In this document: piece by piece, positions 27,041-39,785 of the stretch
Position numbering within the stretch: the first letter of the stretch is position 1
How the letters are laid out: the number at the start of each line of letters is the position of its first letter
Source: Octopus vulgaris
Taxonomy: Eukaryota
NCBI GenBank assembly: GCA_951406725.2
Contig: OX597831.1
Coordinates: 45,694,001-45,758,000, forward strand
DNA length: 64,000 nt
Direction of reading: 5' to 3'
Notes under the pieces: generated by a model
Databases searched by the model: none
Told to the model about the DNA's origin: nothing
The model's input: only the letters and a program-made list of their open reading frames with translations
Program-made: the position numbers and the translations under genes

Positions 27041-28067
27041 TATATATATAATATGTGAATTATGATGAAAAATATATGAGAAAGATATAGTATATAATTT
27101 TTTTGTGCAAGGGTTACTTGAGACATGTAATTTATTTTAAGGGTTACACAAGAGTAAAAAGGTTGAGAAACACTGCTCTAGAAGTTCATCCTCCCTACTC
27201 ACTGGACCTGGTATCATCAGATTCTCTCTTTTTGCTGTGGAAAAAACATTCAAAAGTAGGGATAGTGTTGAATCAGCACTCCAAATATTCTTCTCTTCTG
27301 CAGAATGTGATTTCTTTTTTGAACCCAAGGAATCAGAAAACTGGTTTTTGAGGAGGGGAAATGTGCCATGCAGTGGGACTGAACCTGGAACCATGTGGTC
27401 AGATAGCAAGCTTCTTACCACACAGCCATGTCTGCACCTAAGAAAACAGGCCAGCCACCAGATGCCAAAACACAGGTAAGTTTTTATCAGACAGGAACCC
27501 ACATTTCTGTACCATTACATTACTCCCATCCACCATCATTCTGTCATAGGTAACACCCTGCTTCTGTACTATGGGTAACATTCCTCCTTATTATACTACT
27601 GAGTTACCATGATATTTAAATAATACTCCCAAATAATAGAACAAAAAATAACAAACCTAGAAGCGAAAGAAATTACCCATTGGGTAACGAGCTTATATTA
27701 AATGACAACCAATGTAATTAGGTGGATTGAAACTATTAAAGGCAACCACACAATTACTTCAGAAGAAAGAAAAGATTAAAAAGTTAGCCGCAAAGTTAAT
27801 TTAAATGTCAGGCAGGGTGCGACCCATTTCTTTCTTGTTAAAAAAACCCATTACTGGCTAATGAAGTGAAATAAATGAGTTTTAGAAAACAGATAGAACT
27901 CTTTTTCACCAAGCAGTGTTTCCTTAATTAAGAAACAAAATATTGCAGACAGATCACCTTCCTCTCACATTTCATCTAATTTGTTAGAATAAATTAATGC
28001 CTGGCCAATTAGAAAGCATGAAGAAATTAGAAAAAAGGTTTGGGAATTATCAAGTATCAAGTTTCTT

Positions 28068-28162
<95 letters not shown>

Positions 28163-28775
28163 CAACAACAATAATAATAATAGTAGAAAAGAAAAGATAC
28201 CATGGTACTACAGGCTGCAAGCAGCAAGCCTGCTATGCATGCAAGACTTGAGAAGTTCCAATAAAACCTGAGATAAAAAGAAGAAACAACAACAACAACA
28301 ACAGCAACAGCAGCAGCAGCAGCAGCAACAACAACAACAACAGCAACAACAACAACAACAACAACAACAACCCTTTCTACTAATAGGCACAAGGCCTGAA
28401 ATTTTGTGGGAGGAGCATAGTTCATTACACTGACCCCAGTGCTTGCTTGATGGGTACTTTTATTTTATTGACCCCCAAAAGATGAAAGGCAAAGTCAGCC
28501 TCAATAGAATTTGAACTCAGAATGTAAAGACAGATGAAATGCAGCTAAGCATTTTACCTGGTATGCCAATGATTCTGCTAGCTTGCTGCCTTAATGAGGA
28601 TTTCAAATTTTGGCAGGTACTTATTTTATTAACCACAAAAGGATGAACAGCGAAGTCAACCTCAGTAGAGTTTGAACTTAAGATTTTAAAATGGACAAAA
28701 TACTGTTAGCCACAAGGGCCCATATGTAAATTATTTAACAAATTATGCAAAGGGGTAATACAGTTCTATATTTAA

Positions 28776-28996
28776 CCCTTTAGCATTTAAACCGGCCGTA
28801 TCCGGCCAAAAGTATTCTGCCTGTTTTATGTTCAAACTGGCCAGATCTGGTCTCTCGCACCAACCCTACAATATCGTTTTAAAAATTAACAGCTACCTCA
28901 TCAAAATCTCATAGCTCCAAGATAATGCCTGATTAGTTCAAGGTAATGTGGATAAAAAAGGATTAATTTTGGCAGAATAATGCGAACACTAAAGGG
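28776..28996. mobile_element. piggyBac-type MITE with TTAA TSD
   Basis: TTAA|CCCTTTAG ... CTAAAGGG|TTAA. Inverted homologue at 62868-63083. Confidence 0.82.
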
Positions 28997-29054
28997 TTAA
29001 GAGATGAGGAATTATATACATTATTTACAATTGATGGATATTTGTCTTCATCTA

Positions 29055-30326
29055 CAAAACCAATTATTAAAGGAATTTCATTAATGAGAAGTTGTGTATA
29101 TCAGCCAACAATGGACTGTGACTTTGAAGAATTAGTGAAAGAATGCAGAGGATGTACCTTAGCTGCAAAATCACCTACCACTAAATGGCATCCGTGGTCA
29201 AAAACAGATGTTCCCTGAGCCAGGCTATATGTTGATTACACAGGTCCACTAAAGGGTTCATATTACCTTATTATGGTGGATAGTTTTTCAAAGTGACTGG
29301 AAGTGCATAAATGTAAAAAAACTGACATCTGCAGTTACAATAAGCTTTTTACACAAATTGTTCCCCAGGTGTGGTATTCCAGATACCATTGTGTCAGATA
29401 ATGGAACTCAATTTATGTCAGATGAGTTCAGAAAATTTTGTAAAATGTTTGTCATTGAACATGTCACCACTCTCCCCTATCATCCCAGGTCAAATGGGCA
29501 AGTAGAGTGTTTTGTTGACACTTTCAAGAGGCTATTGAAAAAGGCAAACAATGAAGTTTTGGACAATTTTGCACTCCAACAATTTCTAAGAGTGTACTGA
29601 GTAACACCTAGTCCAAATACACTGTCGGGGGTTGTCACCAACAGAGTTGATGTTTGCTAGAAAGGTCAGATCCATCTTTGATAAGCTGATGCCAAGTGAA
29701 GATTAAAAAAAGGCAAACAACAAATAAACTTCAAAATTCTTCAAGCTAGGTGACAAAGTCTTTTTTAAAACCTATAGATATGGTGAAGAAAACTGGGAGG
29801 ACAGTGTAATTATTAAGCAAATTGGAAAATGATATTCCTGGTAAAATGAAAAAATGTTAAATATAAAAGACATATTAATCAACTTAAAAAACAGATTCAT
29901 GAATAAAACAGTGACAAGAAATGAAATCCCCATGGAAGTATTGTATGACATGTTTGAGGTACCAATACCCAAACAATTTGAAACTACACATTCTAGCACC
30001 AGAAAATGGAGAAGAATGGAAACAATGGAATGGAAACACTGGAAGAGATATTAAAACTTTGAGCAGAGTTTAATTATTAAAAGGGGAGAATATAGGGGAG
30101 ACTGATTCTAAAACGGGGAATGTTGTGGAATGATTCTGACCACCCCCAAGTGATTAAAGGTGGACTGACTCATTGTTATAAAACAAAGAACTGTGAGCGA
30201 TTGGCAGTTCGGGTTGGTAAGCAGTTCACCGTAGCCATTCATATAGAGCAGAGAGTTTCATGTAATAGTAATGTGTCGTGTATATACTTTCTTTCCTCAC
30301 TGCTTCATTATATCATATGTCCAACA
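29055..30326 (+). mobile_element. Ty3/Gypsy relic: integrase, polypurine tract and probable 3' LTR (TG at 30121)
   Basis: YVDYTGPLKGSYYLIMVDSFSK, GIPDTIVSDNGTQF and PYHPRSNGQVECFVDTFK (DDE core). Purine tract before TGTTG; LTR end uncertain. Confidence 0.88.
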
Positions 30327-30387
30327 TACAAGCATATGAAACTGACCTTGTGTGAAAATTTGAAACATTATTATTATTATTATTATT

Positions 30388-30942
30388 GAGTGAGAGAGCA
30401 GTGCATGCTATCAAAGTGACACTGGAGTAAAATATACGAAGCCCAGTATACCCATCATGACTACCCGTCTGATAAGGGTACACCAGGTACATGCATCACA
30501 ACCATATGTGTGCGACATGGTGATCTCATATCAAGATAAATAGCGCATGACCTTGCGGGTGGGGCCCAGTTAGAATTTTCTTCTGGTCGGGTAACCCATC
30601 CCACTCAAAAGGTCCCTGATTAAGGGTTGTTTAAGGATGTTGAATGAAACACCCATGTTTCCAGAGGTGAATTATTCAAACCCCAAAGAATTCCTCTCAA
30701 CACATGGCTATGATGCTCCCCAACTATTTCTGCTCGTGATCAGAGATGGACATATCGTCAGCCACTAAGGGACATACTCAACTGGTTAAGGTCAAGCAAC
30801 TGACAAGCAAATCTGTGGTACCGAGCAGAATATTTGCTGTAGCCCATCTTTTATACCAAGACAAAACAATGTACATGATAACACTTCCAGTCAGTTAAGA
30901 TCAGAAGCCATGAGAGCCGCTGCTTGGTACTGCATCAGGGCA
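30388..30942 (-). mobile_element. Family D (AAT)n-embedded element, full length
   Basis: 555 bp with the same termini as the other copies. Confidence 0.85.
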
Positions 30943-31240
30943 TTTATTACCATTATTATTATTATTATTATTATTAAGGTGGAAAGCTGGCAGAATCACT
31001 AGCACACCAGGTGAAATACTTAGCAACCTTTCGTCCAGTTTTTCACTTTGAGTTCAAATTCCATCTAGGTCAACTTTGCCTTTCATTACTTCAGGGTTGA
31101 TAAAATAAGTACCATTTGAGCACTAGGGTTGATGTAGTCGACTCAACCCTCCCCCAGAATTGCTGGCCTTGTGTCAAAATTTGAAATCATCATAATTATT
31201 ATTGTTATTGTTATCATTATTATTAACAATGAATATATAC

Positions 31241-31302
31241 CTTGCCACATTGCATTTAACTGTTTGGTTAGCAAATTCATTCCATCCACTAGCAAAATGA
31301 AC
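31241..31302 (-). CDS. MYCBPAP: MYCBPAP exon (FILLVDGMNLLTKQLNAMWQ)
   Basis: Long polypyrimidine tract ending ttgcag, donor G|gtatat. 62 nt, phase 2 to 1, in frame. Confidence 0.78.
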
Positions 31303-31562
31303 CTGCAAAGTGAAAGCGAGAAAGCAAAAGAGAGAGAGAAGTGATAGAGAGATGAGAGATGATTATATAGTAGACGTATTGATATTTACATTTAAGTGTG
31401 ATGTGAGGCATTAATGTGTCAAAGGTCACTAATGTGACATGGTTTGCTAGAGCAATACAAGCAGGAAATACGGCAAGGGCAATAACTGTGAAACCAAGCA
31501 ATGTAATAGACTGGGGTATACCTTCAGAAAGTGTATTCTGAGCAGCAATAACCTTATAAGGA

Positions 31563-31880
31563 ACTGGTGTGACATGGGCAGCTGGTGTGACATCAGCACT
31601 AGTGTGACATCAGCACTGGTGTGACATCAGCACTGGTGTGATATAGGTAACTAGAGTGACACCAAGCAGTTAATGTAACACAATCAACTAGAGTGACATA
31701 GGCAGCTGATGTGACATCAACACTGATGTGGCATCAGCACTGGTGTGACATCAGCAGCTGGTATGACATAAGCAGCTAGTGTGACATGAACAGCTGGTGT
31801 GACATCAGCAGTTGGTGTGACATCAGTAACTAGTGTAACATCAGCAGCTGGTGTGGCACAGGTAGCAATTGTGACATGCA
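31563..31880. repeat. Minisatellite of 18-21-bp units (GTGTGACATCAGCAGCTG consensus)
   Basis: About 15 degenerate tandem units. Confidence 0.85.
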
Positions 31881-32124
31881 GAGTAATTAGCATGTCATGC
31901 AAACAGCTTTCATTTATTGCATGGCCATGGGGAAATATTACCTTTTCAAAACAGGTGAGAGTTAGCAACAGGATGGGTATCTTACTGTAGAATGTCTGAT
32001 TTAACAATTTTTTTCTAACCCAAGCTATCATGGAAAAGTGATAATGATGGCAGTGATGGGGACAATACACACATACGCACACACACATAAATATATATAC
32101 ATATATGTATATACACACAGATGT

Positions 32125-32174
<50 letters not shown>

Positions 32175-32231
32175 TACATCTACACACACTTATATATGTA
32201 TATGTGTGTCTCTGTGTGCATGTGTGCATGC

Positions 32232-32281
<50 letters not shown>

Positions 32282-32356
32282 AAGTATTAGGGAATAAATC
32301 CAAACTTACAGGGAAAAATCAGATTTAGGATTAAATCCAATTTTATAGTAAAATAT

Positions 32357-32569
32357 TATATTATATTAAATTAGAGATAAAACCACTATTAGGCAAATCA
32401 AACAATGAAAAACTTAAGCCAATACATAAAATTAATTAATTTATATTATTTTAAATATATATCAAAACTTTTGATATATATTTAAAATAATATAAATTAA
32501 TTAATTTTATGTATTGGCTTAAGTTTTTCATTGTTTGATTTGCCTAATAGTGGTTTTATCTCTAATTTA

Positions 32570-32579
<10 letters not shown>
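32357..32579. repeat. Perfect palindrome, 111-bp arms, 1-nt spacer
   Basis: 32357-32467 is the exact reverse complement of 32469-32579. Confidence 0.95.
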
Positions 32580-32602
<23 letters not shown>

Positions 32603-32848
32603 CAAAATATACAAAAAGGGTGAAATATAATTAATTTAATAAAATTAATAAATTTCACCTAGTAGTTTTATCAGTATGGAAAAGACCATATTTGGTAAGC
32701 AATAACCTTATAAGGAACTGGTGTAACAAAGGCAGCTGGTATGACATGGGCAAATATATATTTCATTAAAATTTTTACACAATTATCTTAATTTTTTATA
32801 TTTTTGATAATGTCTTTATAGACTCTCACATGCACAAACACACACTCT

Positions 32849-32905
<57 letters not shown>

Positions 32906-33148
32906 ATATTTGCAAATATATTTGTGTGTGGACAAGGAGCAGTAGTACAGGCAGTGAAAACAATAGTGGTCGGGTCCTGATTGAAACTGCGGCTGTGTTG
33001 GTGACATGCTACAAGGCAGTCGGGGTGGATAACAACATTAAGAATGTTGCAGTTGGAAGGATGGTGGGTGGGGTGGGGTAAACAGTTGACAACTAAACCA
33101 TGAAAAAAAAAAAAAAAAAAAAAACGCCTAATGAAATATTATACTCAC

Positions 33149-33270
33149 ACATAATAATAATGGTTGTTTCCCTTGTAGGTGTCTGTTGAAAATTGCATCT
33201 GATGTACAGATTCCTCAACTTTGTAGAGAAAGCATTCTTTTTCATCACTATCATCCATTGCATTAATGCA
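33149..33270 (-). CDS. MYCBPAP: MYCBPAP exon (CINAMDDSDEKECFLYKVEESVHQMQFSTDTYKGNNHYYY)
   Basis: Acceptor atctgcag, donor GT|gtgagt. 122 nt, phase 0 to 2, in frame with both neighbours. Confidence 0.78.
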
Positions 33271-34485
33271 CTGCAGATATTAAATGGTGGTGGTGGTGGT
33301 GGTGGTGGTGAAAATAACAGCAGTTGAAGATGTAGTGTTATTTGGCACCATTCGAGGTGTTGATGTGTTGGCAGCGTTGGTAGAGAAGCAATTAAATACA
33401 ACATTAGTATGAATAACGCTGAAGAATGGTAGATATCAGCAGAGATTGGCAAAATGGGCCAAATGGGCAAAACAGAGAGAGGTAAAAATATAGGGGGAAA
33501 ATTTGAGGGTTACTGGTGCTTTGTAACCGTATGGTTTCCGGTTCAGTCCCATTAAGCGGCACCTTGGGCAAATGTCTTCTACTATTGCTCTGATTTGACC
33601 AATGCTTTCTGAATGGATTTGGTAGATGGAAACTTGTGTGCAAACCCCGTGTGTGTGTGTGTGTGTGTGTGCTTCTTTTATTCTTTTACTTGTTTCAGCC
33701 CTTTGACTGTGGCCATACTGGAACACCACATTGATGGGTTTCAGTCGAACAATCAACCCCAGGACTTATTTCTTAAGCCTACTACTTATTCTATCAGTCT
33801 CTTTTGCTGAACTGCTAAGTTACAGGGACATAAACACACCTGCACCAGTTGTCAAATGGTGATGGGGTGACAAACAAATACACAAACATATGTACATATA
33901 TATATATATCCCCGAAAGGATGAGAGGCAAAGTCAACCTCGGTGGAATTTGAACTTAGAACGTAACAGCAAACGAAATACCACTAAGCATTTTGCCTGGT
34001 GTGCTAATGTTTCTGCCAGTTCACCACCTTGGATTTGACCCAAGTTGGCAAGCTTGGAGCTGCACCAGACTCTAGTTATGATTTGGCATGGTTTCCATGG
34101 CTGGATGGCCTTCTTAACACCAACCACTTTACAGAGTGTATTGGATGCTTTTACATGGCACTGCACAGGTGCTTCTATGTGATGGTACATGGATGCTGTG
34201 TCGCCACACGAACACTATATCACCGCACAGGCACTGTGTCACCCCACAGGCACTTTCATGTGTCACTATATGGGCACTTTTACATGGCACTACCATGAGT
34301 GCTTTACCCCACCGGAAGGATCGGTCTTAACATTTCTGCTGTGGGGTATGGGTTGTCTTGAGCATGGCCTGGCACCAGGTATCTTGATCCTACAATCTTG
34401 AACCCAATACCTGAACCACTAAGCTATGCACGTCCACAAACAAATGTTGATGGGTGCTCATTGTATACATCTCAGGTGTACTTAC

Positions 34486-34599
34486 CTCTACAAGTTCATT
34501 CACAGAGTAATTCCAATGCTTTCCACTTTGTTCAGCATTTGGGAAAATAGAAGAATATATCGTTGCCAAGTTGGAAACAGCCCTGTCATCATAATTCAG
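34486..34599 (-). CDS. MYCBPAP: MYCBPAP exon (LNYDDRAVSNLATIYSSIFPNAEQSGKHWNYSVNELVE)
   Basis: Acceptor attttcag, donor GAG|gtaagt, 114 nt. LNY..AV.NL and WNYSV match LHY..VV.SL and WNLCL. Confidence 0.85.
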
Positions 34600-35335
34600 C
34601 TGAAAATATAACAAGAAAGCATTGCAAACATCATATGTTGATTGTACAGAAAGTTTAAAAGGGCATCCTAAAGTTGCCTTACAATACAACAGTGATATAC
34701 CTAGAGCATATGCCGCCTGGGGGTGACCCTTCAGTTTGCCACCCCCAGGACCTCATAAAAAATACATATTGCACAGTGACTATATCAATTGTTGCATTTA
34801 ATGGTAAGTTGTGTCCATGTCCTGACATTAAAACCACTATTATTTGATTTCAATACAGCCTATACAGGCTCATAGCCAACAGCAGACCCCCAATAAAAGT
34901 ACCACCGGGAGCAGACTGCCCCCTCCATCCCCAAGAGGGGGAGGGGGAGGAGGGGAGGACCAGGACGACGACGATGACAATGACAACAGTGGTGATAGTG
35001 GTGGTGGTGATGATGACAATGATGATGATGCTAATGACTACAGCAATGATAATGAAAGGAATACAGTGATGTTGGTACCATCAAAAGGGCTGAGAGATAG
35101 TAAATCAAAGGAGCAGTGTACATGCCAAATACACATAAGATAGGGTTCTACATATGATCTAATCTAATGAGCTGAAAAAAATTCAAATTAGCTAAGATTA
35201 TCTATGCAATTAATGAACAATAACTCCCCCACAGTGTGTTAAATATCTAAAATCTAAAAACAAACAAACGTGGACAATTCAGAAAATTCTGACAATACAA
35301 TGGGAAAGGATCTTGTAACATTAAATGGTCCTTAC

Positions 35336-35482
35336 ATGGGGGTTTTGGAGTTTGAACGTGTGTTCGGTTTTCACCTTGAAGTCATCAGGGTAACTTTCCT
35401 GCACCCTAGAACATACTGACCTACATATGTCCAGAACAAACTCCTCTGCCATACGGCTTTTCACTTTGGCATTTAAATATTC
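35336..35482 (-). CDS. MYCBPAP: MYCBPAP exon (EYLNAKVKSRMAEEFVLDICRSVCSRVQESYPDDFKVKTEHTFKLQNPH)
   Basis: Acceptor tcttttttag, donor CAT|gtaagg. 147 nt, phase 0 to 0. TEHTFKLQNP resembles TEEDLFRHRNP. Confidence 0.85.
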
Positions 35483-35710
35483 CTAAAAAAGAACAATATG
35501 AAGAGTAGGTGAAACAGAGAAGACATTTCTTCACACAAAAAAAAAAAAGGAGAAAACAATTTCTTGATTAGCCTCTTAATTTTTCATTTTTCCTTTCATT
35601 TGGATATTTATGAAAGCATGATGGAACATACGAGAGGGTGGTGAAAAGTTCCTGGCTTTGGGTAAAAGAAAATACAGGAGGATCAGTTAATTATGATTTT
35701 TATTCAACAT

Positions 35711-36128
35711 AGGTGCAGGAGTGGCTGTGTGGTAAGTAGCTTGCTTACCAACCACATGGTTCCGGGTTCAGTCCCACTGCATGGCACCTTGGGCAAGTGT
35801 CTTCTGCTATAGCCTCGGGCCGACCAAAGCCTTGTGAGTGGATTTGGTAGACGGAAACTGAAAGAAGCCTGTCGTATATATGTGTATATATATGTATGTA
35901 TGTATGTGTGTGTATATGTTTGTGTGTCTGTGTTTGTCCCATCCAACATCGCTTGACAACTGATGCTAGTGTGTGTGTGTGTGTGCCCCTGTCACTTAGC
36001 GGTTCGGCAAAAGAGACCGATAGAATAAGTACTGGGCTTACAAAGAATAAGTCCCGGGGTCAATTTGCTCGACTAAAGGCGGTGCTCCAGCATGACCGCA
36101 GTCAAATGACTGAAACAAGTAAAAGTAA
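35711..36128 (+). mobile_element. SINE family A, full length
   Basis: Complete head to tail. Confidence 0.88.
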
Positions 36129-36279
36129 AGTATATACCCTTCTCTGATTCACACACTCATTGGAGCAGTCCTTCAGTTTTACTATGCCCAGAAAATGAAC
36201 TCAGAGGCTAGGCCTCCAACTAAGCCTTTTTCAATACCCTTAAGGCAAGGAACTTTGCAGCACCCCCTCGTGGGGTTAA

Positions 36280-36685
36280 CTCTTTTACTCTTTTACTTGT
36301 TTCAGTCATGTGACTGTGGCCATGCTGGAGCACCGCCTTTAGTCAAGCAAATCGACCCCAGGACTTATTTTTTGTAAGCCTGGTACTTATTCCATCGGTC
36401 TCTTTTGCCGAACCGCTAAGTTACAGGGATGTAAACACCAGCATCGGTTGTCAAGCGATGTTGGGGGGACAAACACAGACATACAAATACACACACACAC
36501 ATATATATATACATATATATACGACGGGCTTCTTTCAGTTTCCGTCTACCAAATCCATTCACAAGGCTTTGGTCAGCCTGTGGCTATTAGTAGAAGGCAT
36601 TTGCCCAAAGTGCCACGCAGTGGGACTGAACCCAGAACCATGTGGTTGGTAAGCAAGTTACTTACCACACAGCCACTCCTGTGCC
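36280..36685 (-). mobile_element. SINE family A, full length, inverted relative to 35711-36128
   Basis: Complete head to tail on the minus strand. Confidence 0.88.
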
Positions 36686-37961
36686 TATACAAATTGTTTT
36701 CACAAATGTTTAACTATTTTGATACCAACCTGCATGAGACTGCCACTGGTTCTAATATACAAAGTTCATGTCTTAAACTGAATTAAACTACAAACATTTT
36801 TGCATTTCTTTTGCAAGATCTTTGATGTGAATTCATGTGTTGAAATAGATATTGTTATATTTGGAGACGGTCACTTTATGTTTATTGGCAAAGTGACCCT
36901 CCCCAAATATAACAATGAATTAGAAAACCTTCCATCAAAATTTCATGCTAATTTATGTTCCAAACATCAGCTTGATGATTCTTTTCGATTTTTGTTCAAA
37001 GCCAGCAATCTTCACAGGAGTGGAAAGTTGATAACATCAACCTCAGTGCTCAACCGGTACTTCATCTTATAAACCCGCAAAAGGATGAAAGGCAAAGTCA
37101 ACCTCAGTAGCATTTGAACTCAAAACATAAACAACACCAGCTTAATAATGTTTCCAAATTTTGATGCAAGGCCTGCAATTTCAATGGAAGAGGTTAAGCT
37201 GATTACATCAACCTCAGTGATCAACTGGTACTTGTTTTAGTGTCCCCAAAAGGATGGACGGCAAAGGTGAACTCAGCAGAATTTGAACTCAGAATGTAAA
37301 GACAGATGAAATGCTCTTTCAGCTCACCGCCTTCCACACCAGCCAAATAATGACAAAGTTATATTACAAAATTCTTCATTATTTTTCAAAATTAATTGAA
37401 ACGAAAATAGTGTATTTCTGTAGAAATGTGGTAATAAAGGATTAAGATGCATTTTTTAAAACTAAATTTTATGCCTGATGTTACCCAGGAAATTTAATAA
37501 GGAATTTATCTAATTTCCTGCTAATAAACTAAATTCATCATTATCATCATCATCATTTAATGGCTATTGTCCATGTTGGCATAGGTTGGACAGTTTGACC
37601 AGAGCTGGCAAGCTGGGGAGCTGCACCAGACTCCAGTCTGATATGGCATAACTTCTACAGCTGGATGCCCTTCCTAATGCTAGCCACTTTACAGAGTGTG
37701 CTGGGTGCTTTTACATGACACTACACAGGCACTTTTACATGACACTGCTACAAGTGCTTTTCAACACCAAAGGAACCAGTCTTAACACTTCTGCTGTGGA
37801 GTACAGGAAATATGTGTCTTTGTAAAAAAAACTTTAATGAAAAGCAAGTTACAAAGTTTGAAATAGTTAACCATAGAAATATTCTTTTCTACTCTAGGCA
37901 CAAGGCCCGAAATTTTGGGGGAGGGGACCAGTCGATTAAATTGACCCCAGTATGCAACTAG

Positions 37962-38284
37962 TGTGGAGGCGCAATGGTCCAGTGGTTCGAGCAGCAGACT
38001 CGCAGTCGGAGAATCGAGGTTTCGATTCCCAGACCGAGCGTTGTGCGTGTTTATTAAGAGAAAATACCTAAAGCTCCACGAGGCTCTGGCAGGGGGTGGT
38101 GGCGACCCCTGTTGTACTCTTTCGCCCCAACTTTCTCTCACTCTCTCTTCCTGTTGCTTGAGTAACGCTGCGATGGACTGCTGTCCCGTCCAGCTGGGGG
38201 GAACACACACACCACAGAAACCAGGAAACCAGGCCCATGAACCTGGCTAGGCTTGAAAAGGGCACGTAAATAATAAATAAAATT
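37962..38284 (+). mobile_element. tRNA-derived SINE family C nested in a family B copy
   Basis: Head GGAGGCGCAATGG..GGTTTCGATTCCC and (TAAA)n tail, flanked by duplicated CAACTAGT. Homologues at 50175-50550 and 55620-55925. Confidence 0.82.
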
Positions 38285-38378
38285 CAACTAGTACTTAATT
38301 TATTGACTCTGAAAGGATGAAAGGTAAAGTCGAAATTTGCAGAATTTGAACTCAGAACATAAAGATAGATGAAATACC

Positions 38379-38978
38379 TATTTCTTTACTACCCACAAGA
38401 GGCTAGACACAGAGAGGATAAACAAGGACAGACAAATGGATTAAGTCGATTAGATTGACCCCAGTGCATAACTGCTACTTAATTTATCGACCCCGAAAGG
38501 ATGAAAGGCAAAGTCGACCTCGACGGAATTTGAACTCAGAACATAACGGCAGACGAAATACCTATTTCTTTACTACCCACAAGGGGCTACACATAGAGGG
38601 GACAAACAAGGACAGACAAACGGATTAAGTCGATTAGATTGACCCCAGTGCATAACTGCTACTTAATTTATCGACCCTGAAAGGATGAAAGGCAAAGTCG
38701 ACCTCAACGGAATTTGAACTCAGAACATAACGGCAGACGAAATACCTATTTCTTTACTACCCACAAGGGGCTACACATAGAGGGGACAAACAAGGACAGA
38801 CAAACGGATTAAGTCGATTAGATCGACCCCAGTGCATAACTGCTACTTAATTTATCGACCCCGAAAGGATGAAAGGCAAAGTCAACCTCGGCGGAATTTG
38901 AACTCAGAACGTAACGGCAGGCGAATCACCGCTAAGCATTTCACCCGGCGTGCTAACATTTCTGCCAGTTCGCCACCT
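38379..38978 (-). repeat. Tandem array of 184-bp SINE family B units
   Basis: Units start at 38379, 38563 and 38747. Only the last retains the full tRNA head. Confidence 0.9.
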
Positions 38979-39569
38979 TTAACCATAGAAATATTAATAA
39001 GTTACATTGGCTTCTAAGGTTTTCTTTCCATAATTTTACATCCGTTATTGTCATTGTAACTTGCATGGGTTGTATAGATGGTTGTTTATTGTTGGAGCTG
39101 TTGTTTCGACAGCCAGACACACATCCAATTGCTAATCAGTCAACTGTGAAATGAAATAGGAGTAAAAGTAAAACAGACATGTTGTGTCATGGCTGATAAG
39201 TGCAATGCAACAGCTGTAGCAAGATTTGAACACAATACTTTTCTATACTTTTCTTACTAATAGCCACTCAAGCATGAAATTAAAGGAAAATCTATAGTTA
39301 ATCACTAATACAAAATAAAAAAAAAATCGAGTTATGTATACAACACAAACGTTTTAGTAAGGTTTGAACTCATGGGATTGTAGTCTTCTAAGTGTTATAA
39401 CTACATGGTGTCAACATGTTTATTTTTTGTTTTTTGTAGCAGATCAATAAAATTTTATTTCAATAATACAAGATCACTACATGCCTGATTGAATTACTAG
39501 ATTTATAAATTGTTAACCCATAAGTGACATTTCTTCCGGCTACTTACATTCTGAGCTCAGATCCCACTA

Positions 39570-39785
39570 CAAGGGGGTGCTGAAAAGTTCTTGGCTTTAA
39601 GGGTATTGCAAAATGTCTGGTTGGGGGCCTAACCTTCTGAGTTCTTTTACAGGGCTTAGAAAAACTGAAGGATCAATGCAATAAGTGTGTGAATCCGAGT
39701 GGAGAATATGTTGAATAAAATCATAATTAATTGATCCTTCTGTACTTTCTTTTACCCAAAGCCAGGAACTTTTCAGTACCTCCAG
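39570..39785. mobile_element. Tc1/mariner-type MITE
   Basis: TA-flanked TIRs containing GCTGAAAAGTTC(C/T)TGGCTTT. Partial homologue at 35628-35710. Confidence 0.7.

Larger units (their letters stand above)
25241..27175. mobile_element. hAT (Charlie-like) non-autonomous element with 8-bp TSD, inflated by nested insertions
   Basis: TIRs CAGCGTTTCTCAA / TTGAGAAACACTG. Identical TSD CTCTAGAA at 25233-25240 and 27176-27183. Confidence 0.88.
23874..27350 (+). mobile_element. Degenerate mariner transposase relic split by nested insertions
   Basis: 24065-24649 has CQRWFNKFKNGDFNL, KWVPHEL, DDKWIAY and PKPDLHPEK. 25090-25230 has DNARPH. 27184 onward has HPPYSLDLVSSD (YSPDLAPSD motif). Confidence 0.88.

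Noticed and set aside
31563-31880. CRISPR-like or Pro/Ala/Thr-repeat coding appearance of the minisatellite
   Set aside because: Units are contiguous without unique spacers, there are no cas genes, the context is a eukaryotic intron, and frames shift between units.
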